Positions 8,161 through 17,788 are shown, counted from the stretch's first letter. The stretch: 48,100 bases of DNA from a virus (IMGVR_UViG_3300027627_000419:1-48100), one strand, 5' to 3'. Notes: generated from the letters alone by a model not told the origin. Numbers and translations: made by a program.

Positions 8161-10698
8161 TTATGAAGTTTTCTTAATCTCTGATAACTTCGTGTATACT
8201 TTGTGGTCTTGGACGCTTATCAGATCTGCAAAGACGACGTCTTCAAATTTGCGACCTTTAACAATGACTATGTTTTTCTCTTTTGGCAAGCCGTTATTTA
8301 ACGACTCGCATTCCTCCAACTTCTTGGAGAAAATCATTACTTTCGTTGTTCCTGTCTCATCGGAGATCATACATTTTAGGTATTTAGTCTTCTTCTCTTT
8401 TGATGTTCCGGAGAAAGACTCGTCAACCACGCCAACGAAAATCATTTCGCTTTTTAGCGGAAGGTTGTCTATTTCTCTGACGTTAACAAGATCACCTCTC
8501 TTTGTGGAAAAAATATCCTTAAGCGTTTTGTTGTATGTGTAGCCAAGCAAGCTTTTCTCATAGTACCAATTAGCAAAACTTTCTGACTTCTTATTCTGCT
8601 CGAAGATTTGCTTGTACGGCTCGCTCTTCTTTTTGAGGGTAACCAATCTTGTAGGTTTAACGGACGGTTTCCCCTTCTCGTCTTTCATTGCGACCAAAGC
8701 CCTCAACGTATCAACGAGATCGTGCTCGTATTTCGTTCCTAATGCCATGCAGTGAGTCTTCTCTTTGTCGGTTAAAAGGTTCCACAACTGCGCTTCATAG
8801 ACAACCTTGCTTCTGGACTGTTTAAACCCTTCGAACGCTCCCGCCTGAATGAGCGCACAAAGAATACCTACCCCAAGGCCGGACGAACTAGCCGCTTCAA
8901 ATATCTCAAATTTGGTGGAGTATTCGTTCTTGAAATTGTTCAGCTTCTCTATGGATTTATCAGAAATACCCTTAATAGAAAGAAGACCGAAACGAATATC
9001 GTCTCCCTCGATGGAAAAATCCATGTTTGACTTCATCAAATGAGGAGGAAGGAGTTTGATATTGAAAAGGCTCATCTCTTTATTAATTTTTGAAATTTCA
9101 GAGATAGAGTCTGGTTCGTGCTTCGTCATCTTCAATAGAGACAAATAGAACTGCTTTGGATATTTAAACTTTAGATAAATCGTCGTAGCCGCCAAGGAAG
9201 CGTAACAGACGGAGTGAGACTTATTGAAAGAATAGTTCGCTGAATCCTCAAGAACCTTCCAGAGAACGTCGCCGATTTCCGTACTGAGCTTATTCTCTTT
9301 AATCTTATCGGAGATTTTTTCTTTCCACGCTTTTACTTCTTCTACTTTCTTTTTGCCGACAATGCGGCGCAGAATTTCGGCCTCGTCTAGAGTGAGTCCG
9401 ATTTTATGCGCCATTTGCATCATCTGCTCTTGGTAAAGGCATACTCCTCCGGACTTGCCGAGAATATCGTCAAAGAACGGGTGGATAGAGTTGACTGTCC
9501 CCGTGTTTGAGAACAGAGCGTACTGAGGGACGTAATCCAAAGCCCCTGGGCGCGCGAGCGCGAGAACTGCGCTTAGTTCGTCTAGATTCTTCGGTTTAAC
9601 CTTGTTACAAACTCTGAAGTTGGTATCCGCTTCAATTTGGAATAGTCCGTGCGGAGCCTTAAGCTCTTGAAGTTGCTGATAAATAAATGGGTCGTTTAGC
9701 TCTTTGTCTGTTATGGTCATGTCCAGACTCTTGCAGACGTCGTCAATGACAGAAACCGCTCTCAGCCCTAGAATGTCTAGCTTAACGTTGAAAATCGAAA
9801 CCCAGTTCATATCGTAGGAAGAAACAGAGCCTTCTTTATCTGAGGTTAGCTCGGTTGGGCATGAATCTTGAATCGGGTAATAAGAAACGGAAACCGCAGA
9901 CGGATGAACGCCCTTATTTTTAATAAGTCCCCGAAGCTTGAGTGCAGTGTGATAGACTCTATCGTTTTTGTCGCACCAAGTTCTGAAGGCTTCGACTTCT
10001 GAATACGCTTCTGTTAAGTCCTTAACTTGGCCGTGATGCTTGGGAATCAAAGAAGAAATCTCGTTCATCTCTGTTTCCGCTTTTCCGGCGACAATCTTAC
10101 CGCACTCCTTGATTAGAAGCTTCGAACTTAGAGTGTTGAGCGTTAGAATTTTGGAAGTTTTACCGTCAAACTTTTCTTCTAAATACTCAAGAACTTTATG
10201 CCGATTATAATAGCAGATGTCAAGGTCTACGTCCGCCATCAAAGAGCCATCAAGGTAAGTGATGCCATCAACAACATTCTTCTTTGACCGAATCTTTGAA
10301 ATGAATCGCTCGAAGTAAAGGCCATATTTGATGGGGTCTACCCTCGTAACGCCAACAGAATACAGAATGAGGCTTCCCGCTGCGCTCCCACGGCCAACAC
10401 CCGTTGGAATCTTATTCTCTTTGCAGAAGTTGATAACGTCCCAAACCAACAAAATATAGTCAATAAAGCCTAAGTCTTTTATGGTTGAGAATTCGTGATC
10501 AAATCGCTCTTCGTATTTCTCGTCAAGAAGATTCAAGTCTTTGAGCCCTTTTTGGCATAGAGCTTTAAGAAACTCTTCATTGCTAGCGTCCTCACTAAGT
10601 CCTAGGGCTCTTTTGTACTTATTTGCAACGGTAAACGTTGGGAGCCGAACTCCATGAAGCTTCAAATCTAGGGGTTTAAAATCAGAATCAAAACTCAT
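8161..10698 (-). CDS. dnaE: DNA polymerase III alpha-type (family C) catalytic subunit lacking the PHP domain
   Basis: GRGSAAGSL, FERF, DVDLD, HPSAV, KLDILGL, GLFQIE, LARPG, YQEQ, YSFNKSHS, IRFGLLSIKG, C-terminal OB fold. Confidence 0.95.
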   Translation of the reverse strand: MSFDSDFKPLDLKLHGVRLPTFTVANKYKRALGLSEDASNEEFLKALCQKGLKDLNLLDEKYEERFDHEFSTIKDLGFIDYILLVWDVINFCKENKIPTGVGRGSAAGSLILYSVGVTRVDPIKYGLYFERFISKIRSKKNVVDGITYLDGSLMADVDLDICYYNRHKVLEYLEEKFDGKTSKILTLNTLSSKLLIKECGKIVAGKAETEMNEISSLIPKHHGQVKDLTEAYSEVEAFRTWCDKNDRVYHTALKLRGLIKNKGVHPSAVSVSYYPIQDSCPTELTSDKEGSVSSYDMNWVSIFNVKLDILGLRAVSVIDDVCKSLDMTITDKELNDPFIYQQLQELKAPHGLFQIEADTNFRVCNKVKPKNLDELSAVLALARPGALDYVPQYALFSNTGTVNSIHPFFDDILGKSGGVCLYQEQMMQMAHKIGLTLDEAEILRRIVGKKKVEEVKAWKEKISDKIKENKLSTEIGDVLWKVLEDSANYSFNKSHSVCYASLAATTIYLKFKYPKQFYLSLLKMTKHEPDSISEISKINKEMSLFNIKLLPPHLMKSNMDFSIEGDDIRFGLLSIKGISDKSIEKLNNFKNEYSTKFEIFEAASSSGLGVGILCALIQAGAFEGFKQSRSKVVYEAQLWNLLTDKEKTHCMALGTKYEHDLVDTLRALVAMKDEKGKPSVKPTRLVTLKKKSEPYKQIFEQNKKSESFANWYYEKSLLGYTYNKTLKDIFSTKRGDLVNVREIDNLPLKSEMIFVGVVDESFSGTSKEKKTKYLKCMISDETGTTKVMIFSKKLEECESLNNGLPKEKNIVIVKGRKFEDVVFADLISVQDHKVYTKLSEIKKTS

Positions 10699-10702
10699 AT
10701 TG

Positions 10703-11341
10703 TTAAATTTCTACAGACCATTTAAGCTTATTCCAGATTTTGAGGTTTAATTCTAAGTCCGTGACTGCATCGTGCAAATTTTCGTAATTATGTTCTATTC
10801 CGTATTCCTTACCCAACACCTCCAAGCGAGTCTTTACTCCCTTTTTGATTGTATGGAGTGTCTTGTACTGGTATTCCAAAAGATTATCCTTCTGCTTGTA
10901 TGGCATCGAGAGCTTCAATCCTTTTGCAAGGCAGTTCGTATCAATAATCTTATTTACTAAATGCCTATAGCTCAGTTTGTGTTTTTTGTAAAGCTCCCTA
11001 ATGAAGAATATATCAAAGCCCAAGATGTTATGTCCAACTATGAAGTCGCAATTCTCTAACCAATCTCTGATTGTCGGAAAAACGTCTTCTTCGGCAACAC
11101 CTATTCTCTTCATCTTCAGCGGGTCGTATCTGGTTATTCTCGCTGCGTCGTCGCTAATCTTTAAGTTGGTCTCCCATTTAATGTGGAAGTCTTTCGTCGC
11201 TGTGATTCTTTCTCCGCAGACCTTTAGCATACCAACCTGCCACGGGAGATTGTGGCAGAAGTTAAGGCAAAGGTTAAACGTTTCAAAGTCAATGAACGTG
11301 TACGTCTTTGTCTTGTCAAATCTCAGAAGATGCTCGTCCAT
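10703..11341 (-). CDS. DEDDh 3'-5' exonuclease (DnaQ/epsilon-like)
   Basis: ExoI DFET, ExoII GHNILGFD, IDT, ExoIII HDAVTD. Confidence 0.9.
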   Translation of the reverse strand: MDEHLLRFDKTKTYTFIDFETFNLCLNFCHNLPWQVGMLKVCGERITATKDFHIKWETNLKISDDAARITRYDPLKMKRIGVAEEDVFPTIRDWLENCDFIVGHNILGFDIFFIRELYKKHKLSYRHLVNKIIDTNCLAKGLKLSMPYKQKDNLLEYQYKTLHTIKKGVKTRLEVLGKEYGIEHNYENLHDAVTDLELNLKIWNKLKWSVEI

Positions 11342-11343
11342 AA

Positions 11344-12111
11344 TTAAGCTCCGGCCTCCGCTTCCACCCAGCTTTCAAAACTGAACTCGTTGCTACACAT
11401 GTGTTCTTGCTGTGGTTTATCTAGCGTGGAGCGATTATTAATACATTTAAAAGTCAAATAATTAATAAAATCATTTCTCTTCTTGTAGAATATACTCTTA
11501 ACCTTATGAACAGGACAGCATCCATCTAGGATTTTCTCTAATTTAGCTTTAATTAAATCATCGAAGGGTAGGTCGTTATCTTCAACGAAGTACTCTGGAA
11601 CTGTGAAATTGAAATCCGTAATGCACTTGTATGCCAAAAGCACATTATTAAAAATGTAAGAATCGTAGAATGGAATACAGAGCTTTAAGTCTTCATCCGA
11701 CCAGAGCTTTTTTAGATTCACGTAATCAATTCTTGGCTCATAATAGAACCCAACACGAGCGGCCATAGTGTAAATTTTAATTAATCGACGATACCCTTCT
11801 TCATTCTTGCAGAAGATGACTATTTTATTATTTGATTTTAGGGACTCTTCGTTCTTTTCCTTAATATTCCCGCAGACCGTGAGACGAATTCCATAAATCA
11901 AATTCAAGCCGCTAGCCTTCGCATTCAAATGAGCCTGAAGAAAGCCGCTCATTGTATCTTCGACTAGGTAGAAAGTCTTGAGGTCCGCCTCTTTGCACAT
12001 CTTAATGATTGAGTCTGGGCCGCTTTCTTCGCTATCGCTAGCTTTGTCAAGAGTCAGAATAGACCGACCGATGCTATAATGACTCTTAAATAGTGGTAAA
12101 ACCTTATACAT
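11344..12111 (-). CDS. Stand-alone PHP domain of Pol III alpha
   Basis: SHYS, 'LIYGIRL', 'FCKNEEGYRRLIKI...GFYYEPRID' as in the DnaE N-terminus. Confidence 0.85.
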   Translation of the reverse strand: MYKVLPLFKSHYSIGRSILTLDKASDSEESGPDSIIKMCKEADLKTFYLVEDTMSGFLQAHLNAKASGLNLIYGIRLTVCGNIKEKNEESLKSNNKIVIFCKNEEGYRRLIKIYTMAARVGFYYEPRIDYVNLKKLWSDEDLKLCIPFYDSYIFNNVLLAYKCITDFNFTVPEYFVEDNDLPFDDLIKAKLEKILDGCCPVHKVKSIFYKKRNDFINYLTFKCINNRSTLDKPQQEHMCSNEFSFESWVEAEAGA

Positions 12112-12148
12112 CTTAATTAATCCTATCGTTTATTTCTTGTTTGGTCAA
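12112..12148 (-). promoter_or_regulatory. Sigma70-type promoter, leaderless geometry
   Basis: TTGACC-17-TAGGAT-8-ATG(12111); the -35 contains the upstream TGA stop. Confidence 0.75.
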
Positions 12149-13092
12149 TCCAAAAAGAAATCTTTTGTGAGATTGTTGTGGGCTGGGCAACCGTCATAGC
12201 GTTTCTTTTCTACTCTCTGCTTCTCTGTCGGTTTGAACTTATTCTCTAAAGAAGACTCCAGAATTTCATTATTCTCGTCCACAAGGGCAAAGAAGTCTAT
12301 CGCTCTGTAATAGGGGCATTCCCACGTTTTGCCAGCTTTACAAAGCCATTTATTCTTCTGTTCGTCTGCCGCGAAATTTGATTTGGCGAGCTTCTCCGTG
12401 AAGTTGTTAATGATTTTATAGATGTAGGCTAAATACGTTTCAAAGCCTTTGAGCTGCTCTTCTGTATTTTCTGGAACAGACTGGACTGGCTCTTTTGGAA
12501 ATCTTAAGAAAACGAAATCCACGATAATCTTTTTTAGGTTGGGCCATTCCTTTTTCGCAGCCAAAGTATACGTAAGAGCTTGGATGTTGGAGACGAGTTC
12601 GTCCCCTTTAAATTTGCCTTTACTAGATTTGTAATCGACGATTTTCAGAAAGCCGCTCTTCTTATAAAGCGCAATCTTGTCCATGAATCCTCTGATCTTA
12701 TATTTGGGATTCTCGCTTTCCAAGAGGAACTCTTTCTCAGGCTCTCCAAGCTTGGCTCCTTCGCAAAAGAAATCGTTATTTATCCCAACCCAAATCATGT
12801 TGCAGACCATCGTGTAATTTTCCTCGGTATGAATCTTCTCCCTATCGAGATGCTTTTTTACGAGTCTTTTGACTGCTTCGTTGGCCTCTACTCCACCGCG
12901 CTTCATCATTTGCGTGAAGTGTTTTTTATGACGCTTCTTCATGAGGAGCTCAAAAATAAGATGGCAAAGCGTCCCTCGCTTGCTTCCGTCGTTTCCTCTT
13001 TGGGGGATTTTTAAATGGTAAGAACACCAATAACTCCAAGAGCAAGTCTCAAGAGTTTTAATTCTTGAAGCGGATAGGATTCTTTCTTTCAT
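12145..13092 (-). CDS. PD-(D/E)XK exonuclease (AddB/Cas4-like)
   Basis: LSASRIKT..C, GTLCH, E...RGFMD...VDYKS, Q...Y, C-terminal Cys cluster. Confidence 0.85.
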   Translation of the reverse strand: MKERILSASRIKTLETCSWSYWCSYHLKIPQRGNDGSKRGTLCHLIFELLMKKRHKKHFTQMMKRGGVEANEAVKRLVKKHLDREKIHTEENYTMVCNMIWVGINNDFFCEGAKLGEPEKEFLLESENPKYKIRGFMDKIALYKKSGFLKIVDYKSSKGKFKGDELVSNIQALTYTLAAKKEWPNLKKIIVDFVFLRFPKEPVQSVPENTEEQLKGFETYLAYIYKIINNFTEKLAKSNFAADEQKNKWLCKAGKTWECPYYRAIDFFALVDENNEILESSLENKFKPTEKQRVEKKRYDGCPAHNNLTKDFFLD

Positions 13093-14000
13093 TTTAAATT
13101 ATTTTTCCAGACCGCAACTTCTTCGTTGGTCATTTCTCCGAAGTCTTTTTTCTTAGGAAGACGGATTTTTACTTGACTGCTATCGAAGTAGATGCTTAAT
13201 TTGTCAAACATCTTGACCGCCGCTTTGTTCCCCGCAGAGTTACCTTCCTCGTCGTTATTGAGGCTAATAAATATTTCTTTACAATCTATCTTTAATAGGA
13301 AGTTTACGATACCAGAGCCCACGTCAAGACCGAAAGTGACTAAAGTATTCGTTATCCCTTTATCGTGTAGAGAAAGCATGTCTCCCATACTTTCTACGAG
13401 AATCACTTTTTTTGATTCAGTAATCTCTTCTGCATTTAAGAAGGCGGGATAAACCCAAGAATATTTTTGACCTATATGCTTCCACTTGGGCCGCATATCT
13501 CCTTTATTGATTAAATCTCTTCCTGAAAATCCGATGATTTGACTTTTCGAATTAAAAATAGGAAAGACATACCGCTCTGTCATCTTTCCGTTTTTAGCTA
13601 CGCCTCCCCCGAACTTCTCTATCGTCTCCTTCGATACTCCCCTGTTCAACCAATACTGGTGATTCTTTTCTAAGCGATTTAAAATGTCCGCATCAAAGAT
13701 CTTTTGTTGAATGATCTCCGGCTCTTGACTCTTAAGTTTTCTTCTGTCGTAAGAGTATTTGCCGCAAAGCCATTTCTGAGCTTCTTCCAATGTTGTTAAA
13801 TTTAAAGAAAGTTTTACTAGCTCTTCAAATGAGCCGCTGATGTTTCTGGCGAAGTCGGTAAAGTAGCCGCTGTCTTTTTTTATTTTTAAGACTGAGCCAT
13901 TATCTGAATCTCTATAGATCGGTCTTGTCCTAAGCTCTTTGCCGTTTTCAACTATGTTACTGTATCCAAGGTCGAGAAGCACTTCTTTAAAATCTATCAT
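13089..14000 (-). CDS. dnaG: DnaG-type primase (TOPRIM)
   Basis: 'RYVFPIFN...IIGFSGR...PKW', ILVESMGD, NNDE..AG, KDFGE. Confidence 0.85.
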   Translation of the reverse strand: MIDFKEVLLDLGYSNIVENGKELRTRPIYRDSDNGSVLKIKKDSGYFTDFARNISGSFEELVKLSLNLTTLEEAQKWLCGKYSYDRRKLKSQEPEIIQQKIFDADILNRLEKNHQYWLNRGVSKETIEKFGGGVAKNGKMTERYVFPIFNSKSQIIGFSGRDLINKGDMRPKWKHIGQKYSWVYPAFLNAEEITESKKVILVESMGDMLSLHDKGITNTLVTFGLDVGSGIVNFLLKIDCKEIFISLNNDEEGNSAGNKAAVKMFDKLSIYFDSSQVKIRLPKKKDFGEMTNEEVAVWKNNLK

Positions 14001-15550
14001 TATAAAAGATCTCCATCCCCTACTTTTTGGTCGTTGAGGGTGTATCTCTCCTTTTGAGCTTCGACAATATCCTGCAAGCTTCCACGCTCTTCTACGGCGA
14101 AGTTAGAAACATTGAAATTTAAATAATTATTTTCAAAGGAAAAACTTCCATCTGGTAATTTTCTTCTAACTATGTCGTGGTGTCCTGGCGCACCATCACC
14201 TTGAAAACGAGACTTGTAGCAGATAAGTTTGTGCGTCCCGAATCTAAGTCCAGAACCTCCTTGACCGCTGGTGACGATTCTATCCGCTTCGTCAGCGTCA
14301 AGCCCCTCATCGAGGGCAATTTCGTCGATAGTCTTCCTTCTCCAGCCGCCGAGGAACGAAGCAATCCACTGAATCCGGTCTGACATACCAACCGTAGAAC
14401 TGTTATCGGTAAACGAGTTGGACTTCCGGTTCATAGTTTCTCCCTCTCTGTTCGCCTGTACAGCAGTAATCAGCGGAGCATTTAAGTCTTTAACCGCCTT
14501 ATGAAGAAGGTCAATCTTCTCACCCATAATTTGATACTCTGGATTGTTGCTGCCGACCTTCTCTTGGGTTCTTTTGAGGTAGTCGTAAGCAATAATGCAC
14601 TGATTGCCCCTGCCTACTTCTGAGTAGTACCAATTTCTCATTATCGCGCACACCTCTTCAACTGAGGCGTTGCCAACATCTTTGTGAAAATAGAATTCGT
14701 TCTTCTTAAGTTCCTTGATCGCGTCCCTAACAATAGGAATCATCTTCTCATTCTTGCGCCATCGCCCCGTGTCTAAATAATTTAGATTGATGCCTGTGAT
14801 TCCAGAAAGCATACGATACATCACGTCTTGAGAATTCATCTCAGTATCGAGAACTAAGACCTTAAGTTTGTACTTTTTGGCTGTCTTGAAGCAGATATCA
14901 TTAATAAAGGTAGTCTTGCCAATGCCGCCGCGAGCGGAAACACAGTACACATTCCCCGCTCTCAGACCCCCGTAGAGCTTGTTAAATAAAGGATATGGTG
15001 TCAGAAGACCGCTGGATTCAATCGGATTATTCCCGCGCTCTTCTACGAGCGTCTCGATTTCTGCGAAAAGCTGCTTCGGCTTGTTATCTTGAAGGACGTC
15101 TAAGGGGTACTTCTTGGAATATATCGCGTCTACATTCGCAATGATTTCATTTATATCTTTATTAACTCCACCCTCTGCAAAGCTGGAGATTTCACCCCCC
15201 AAATCGTGATAGAAACGACAAATCTTGTATTTAAGAAGCAGTTGAGAGGCTTGTTTCGCTCCCGATAGATTTACGGTAGTTAGGTGATTTAAAGCGTCGA
15301 GATACTCAAAAATAGAAAGGTCTCCGTGGAAAGAAATTCCCAGGTCTTCAATCTTTTTAGCAATAAAAACTGGAGCAATCTCCTCTTTTTTATCTATTGC
15401 TTCTTTTATTTTGGAGAAAATTGCGCGATGAATCGTGGAAGAAAAGTCCTCGTCCTTGATAAAGGGTTGGATTTCGTAGAAAAGTTCCGCTTTAAACTTG
15501 AGAAGACCAGACAGGAGATGTTTCTCTACTTCGAGAGACTTCAAATTCAT
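14000..15550 (-). CDS. dnaB: Replicative DNA helicase (DnaB-like)
   Basis: N-terminal 'EVEKHLLSGLL...DF...HRAIF'; Walker A ARGGIGKT, DTEM, YDYL, AVQANR. Confidence 0.9.
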   Translation of the reverse strand: MNLKSLEVEKHLLSGLLKFKAELFYEIQPFIKDEDFSSTIHRAIFSKIKEAIDKKEEIAPVFIAKKIEDLGISFHGDLSIFEYLDALNHLTTVNLSGAKQASQLLLKYKICRFYHDLGGEISSFAEGGVNKDINEIIANVDAIYSKKYPLDVLQDNKPKQLFAEIETLVEERGNNPIESSGLLTPYPLFNKLYGGLRAGNVYCVSARGGIGKTTFINDICFKTAKKYKLKVLVLDTEMNSQDVMYRMLSGITGINLNYLDTGRWRKNEKMIPIVRDAIKELKKNEFYFHKDVGNASVEEVCAIMRNWYYSEVGRGNQCIIAYDYLKRTQEKVGSNNPEYQIMGEKIDLLHKAVKDLNAPLITAVQANREGETMNRKSNSFTDNSSTVGMSDRIQWIASFLGGWRRKTIDEIALDEGLDADEADRIVTSGQGGSGLRFGTHKLICYKSRFQGDGAPGHHDIVRRKLPDGSFSFENNYLNFNVSNFAVEERGSLQDIVEAQKERYTLNDQKVGDGDLL

Positions 15551-15587
15551 ATCCCCTAACTCTAAGGGGAACTTCGCTTTATGTCAA
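15551..15587 (-). promoter_or_regulatory. Sigma70-type promoter; -10 bracketed by an inverted repeat
   Basis: TTGACA-17-TAGAGT-8-ATG(15550); TCCCCT/AGGGGA flank the -10; the -35 contains the upstream TGA stop. Confidence 0.75.
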
Positions 15588-15853
15588 CCCTTTTCTTCTC
15601 CGTCTTCGGGCTCTTCTGGGTATTCGCCCGTCATGGACTGAACTGCTCTTTCTATTCCGAGAGCTTCCATAGATTTCGCCCAAACCTCGACATAATGCTG
15701 AAGGGCTGCGGCTTCAACCCCACCGTCCGAAGAAGAATGGACTTCAAGACTCCCCTTGTCTCCCAAGTTAAATAAAATAAACCCACCAGAAGAACATTCG
15801 TTGATTTGTTGGAGTAGGGCTTTCGGAAATTGATATTTCTTTTTTCTAGCCAT
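15584..15853 (-). CDS. Hypothetical protein
   Basis: 89 aa with acidic tail; preceded by GTGTA-N9-ATG. Confidence 0.7.
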   Translation of the reverse strand: MARKKKYQFPKALLQQINECSSGGFILFNLGDKGSLEVHSSSDGGVEAAALQHYVEVWAKSMEALGIERAVQSMTGEYPEEPEDGEEKG

Positions 15854-15867
15854 ACTATATAATACAC
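15854..15867 (-). promoter_or_regulatory. GTGTA-N9-ATG motif (candidate phage late promoter)
   Basis: GTGTA TTATATAGT ATG. Confidence 0.6.
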
Positions 15868-16283
15868 TAAATTGAAATACCGAACATAGAAAGAATAAAT
15901 TCTTTAGTTAATAATTTAACTTCATTCTGTTCTATTACTATTAGTCTAAATCCATTTTTAATTAACCATTCTGATTTGGCGTAGTCTCTTTTTATTGATT
16001 TTAAATAATTCGCTCTTGAGTTATCATGGAAGAACTTATTAAACTCTGAGTGCTGATTGCCATTAACTTCTATGGCTATCTTTCTTGTGGCATTCAGAAA
16101 ATCAACCTTCATCAAAGAGCCATAAACGGGGAACTCTTCGTAGATGATCTGAGACGACCAGTAAGGCTTGAGGAACTGCTTGGTTGCGAATTGGATATTT
16201 GACCGAGACTTCTTATTCCAGTCAATCAAATACTTTGAAACGTTTTTCTTTACAAGCTTTCCGTTTATGTTAAATAACCTCAT
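15867..16283 (-). CDS. Vsr/DUF559-like endonuclease
   Basis: 'EEFPV...VDF...KIAIEVNGNQH...RD..K..W...NGFRLIVI'. Confidence 0.75.
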   Translation of the reverse strand: MRLFNINGKLVKKNVSKYLIDWNKKSRSNIQFATKQFLKPYWSSQIIYEEFPVYGSLMKVDFLNATRKIAIEVNGNQHSEFNKFFHDNSRANYLKSIKRDYAKSEWLIKNGFRLIVIEQNEVKLLTKEFILSMFGISI

Positions 16284-16326
16284 CTCTTCTGATAAAACCC
16301 TCGCCGCCAGTAACGAGGATTTTCAT
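16270..16326 (-). pseudogene. 18-codon relic of an NAD-dependent NDP-sugar epimerase/dehydratase
   Basis: Translates MKILVTGGEGFIRRDEVI*; its ATG overlaps the recA stop (TAATG). Confidence 0.6.
16291..16323 (-). terminator. Possible terminator-like hairpin after recA
   Basis: AAAAUCCUCG-N10-CGAGGGUUUU; only a short U tract. Confidence 0.35.
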
Positions 16327-17429
16327 TACTTTTTCGATAGAACGTCTTTGAACTTCTTAAATAGGTAAGAGCAGGCGTCTTTATTGTCTTCTAGGTATTT
16401 TCTGAAGTTGTCCAAACCCTGATGCTGCTTCTCTATTTTTAAGTCTTTTTTATTTAATTCTTCGATTAACTCATCGGAGACAGTGACCCAAGCTCCTTTT
16501 TGAGAAATCATCTCGAACATCAAAAGCGTATCTGTTACTTCTTGTTCTACCCAAACGCTTTGACTGTTTGTTCTCCCGTAGCGTATGGGATAACGAACCT
16601 CTTTGTTTGTCTTCTCGTTGGGGGACTTCTTGAAAACGATTTTGCAAAAATGTCCGATAATTTCATCTTTACCGTTAACCTTATTAAGAATCAAGTCGCC
16701 CTTAAATCTTTGCTGAAATTCAAGAATCCAATCGCTATAATGCAGCAGGGCGTTTCCTCCAGAGGCGTTTGTGAGTTTTGGGTCGGTCTTTGCATACGGA
16801 TTAATCGTAACGGTGCTTCTCACCTGACTAATCATAATACAAATATGCCCTTTACTGGAAAGACCGAGGGCCATCTTCCGTAAGAAGTCAGAGGAAAGCA
16901 AAGAACCGCCCGCAACTTTATTAGCCTCTTCAAACGGCTTTTCTATGTCGTTTCTTGGAACTAGTGCGTCCATGCTGTCAATGATGAACAAGTACCGCAC
17001 ATCGTTTGGGTTATTTTTTACTAAATCTCTTATCAGGGAGATGACAGACTCATACACGTTTGACGGATAGATTGTCATTCTGTCTTCGGAGACATTAAGT
17101 CCGGAACGCTCCAGTATCTCTTTCGACAGTCTTCCCTCCGACTTGATATAAACTACGAAAGAATTCTTTACTGTTTCTTGGAAGTTCTTCGCGAAGGCTA
17201 ATGCGCAACTTGTCTTGCCGCCCTCCGCTAGTCCGCAAAAACGCATTATCCCGGGCCTAATTCCTCCGCCCATTTCAATGTCAAGAAGAAGACTTCCGCT
17301 TGACACTCTGTATGTCTCCGCCTGATCGAACGCGTAATGGTCTTCCTTGTTGTTCTTGAGGTAAGCCTTAATCTGCTCCGCAGGAGAATTCCCAGAGAAC
17401 TCCACTATTTCGTCTTTTTTCTTTGCCAT
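16326..17429 (-). CDS. recA: RecA/UvsX-like recombinase
   Basis: SSGSLLLD, GLAEGGKT, IIDS, ISQVR, 'SGGNALLHYSD', KGAW. Confidence 0.9.
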   Translation of the reverse strand: MAKKKDEIVEFSGNSPAEQIKAYLKNNKEDHYAFDQAETYRVSSGSLLLDIEMGGGIRPGIMRFCGLAEGGKTSCALAFAKNFQETVKNSFVVYIKSEGRLSKEILERSGLNVSEDRMTIYPSNVYESVISLIRDLVKNNPNDVRYLFIIDSMDALVPRNDIEKPFEEANKVAGGSLLSSDFLRKMALGLSSKGHICIMISQVRSTVTINPYAKTDPKLTNASGGNALLHYSDWILEFQQRFKGDLILNKVNGKDEIIGHFCKIVFKKSPNEKTNKEVRYPIRYGRTNSQSVWVEQEVTDTLLMFEMISQKGAWVTVSDELIEELNKKDLKIEKQHQGLDNFRKYLEDNKDACSYLFKKFKDVLSKK

Positions 17430-17431
17430 AT

Positions 17432-17788
17432 TTAAAATTTCTTTTTAAGGAAGTCTTTAAGAGACAAGGGTTTACTGTCTGTTTTGACATCCTGCCCAAT
17501 CTTTTCTTCCCCTATACTTTCGCTTTGTTTCGAGAAAAGGTCAAGGACGTTTTCTTTCGATTTGTTAAACTTCAAAATCGTAAGATGGACTTTCCCTTCG
17601 TCCGTAAAGAAAAAGGCCAAAGAGTTCAGTTTAAAATCTAATTTTAATTGCGTCCAAGTGTTGAAGTCCGGATATTCTTTCAGGAGTTTCTTGGCGATCT
17701 TAATCTCTCTGGGCCAATTTAATTGGTCTTTAAGTACGAATTTTGAGACAAGGAGCTTGCATCTTGAGTGTTCTAGTTTCTTGTCCAT
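17432..17788 (-). CDS. Hypothetical protein
   Basis: 118 aa; has its own promoter and is coupled to recA. Confidence 0.7.
   Translation of the reverse strand: MDKKLEHSRCKLLVSKFVLKDQLNWPREIKIAKKLLKEYPDFNTWTQLKLDFKLNSLAFFFTDEGKVHLTILKFNKSKENVLDLFSKQSESIGEEKIGQDVKTDSKPLSLKDFLKKKF

Noticed and set aside
8161-12111. Stop-codon reassignment or readthrough joining PHP-Exo-DnaE
   Set aside because: The ORFs are in different frames, each has its own ATG, and conserved genes are full length in the standard code with TAA, TAG and TGA all used as stops.
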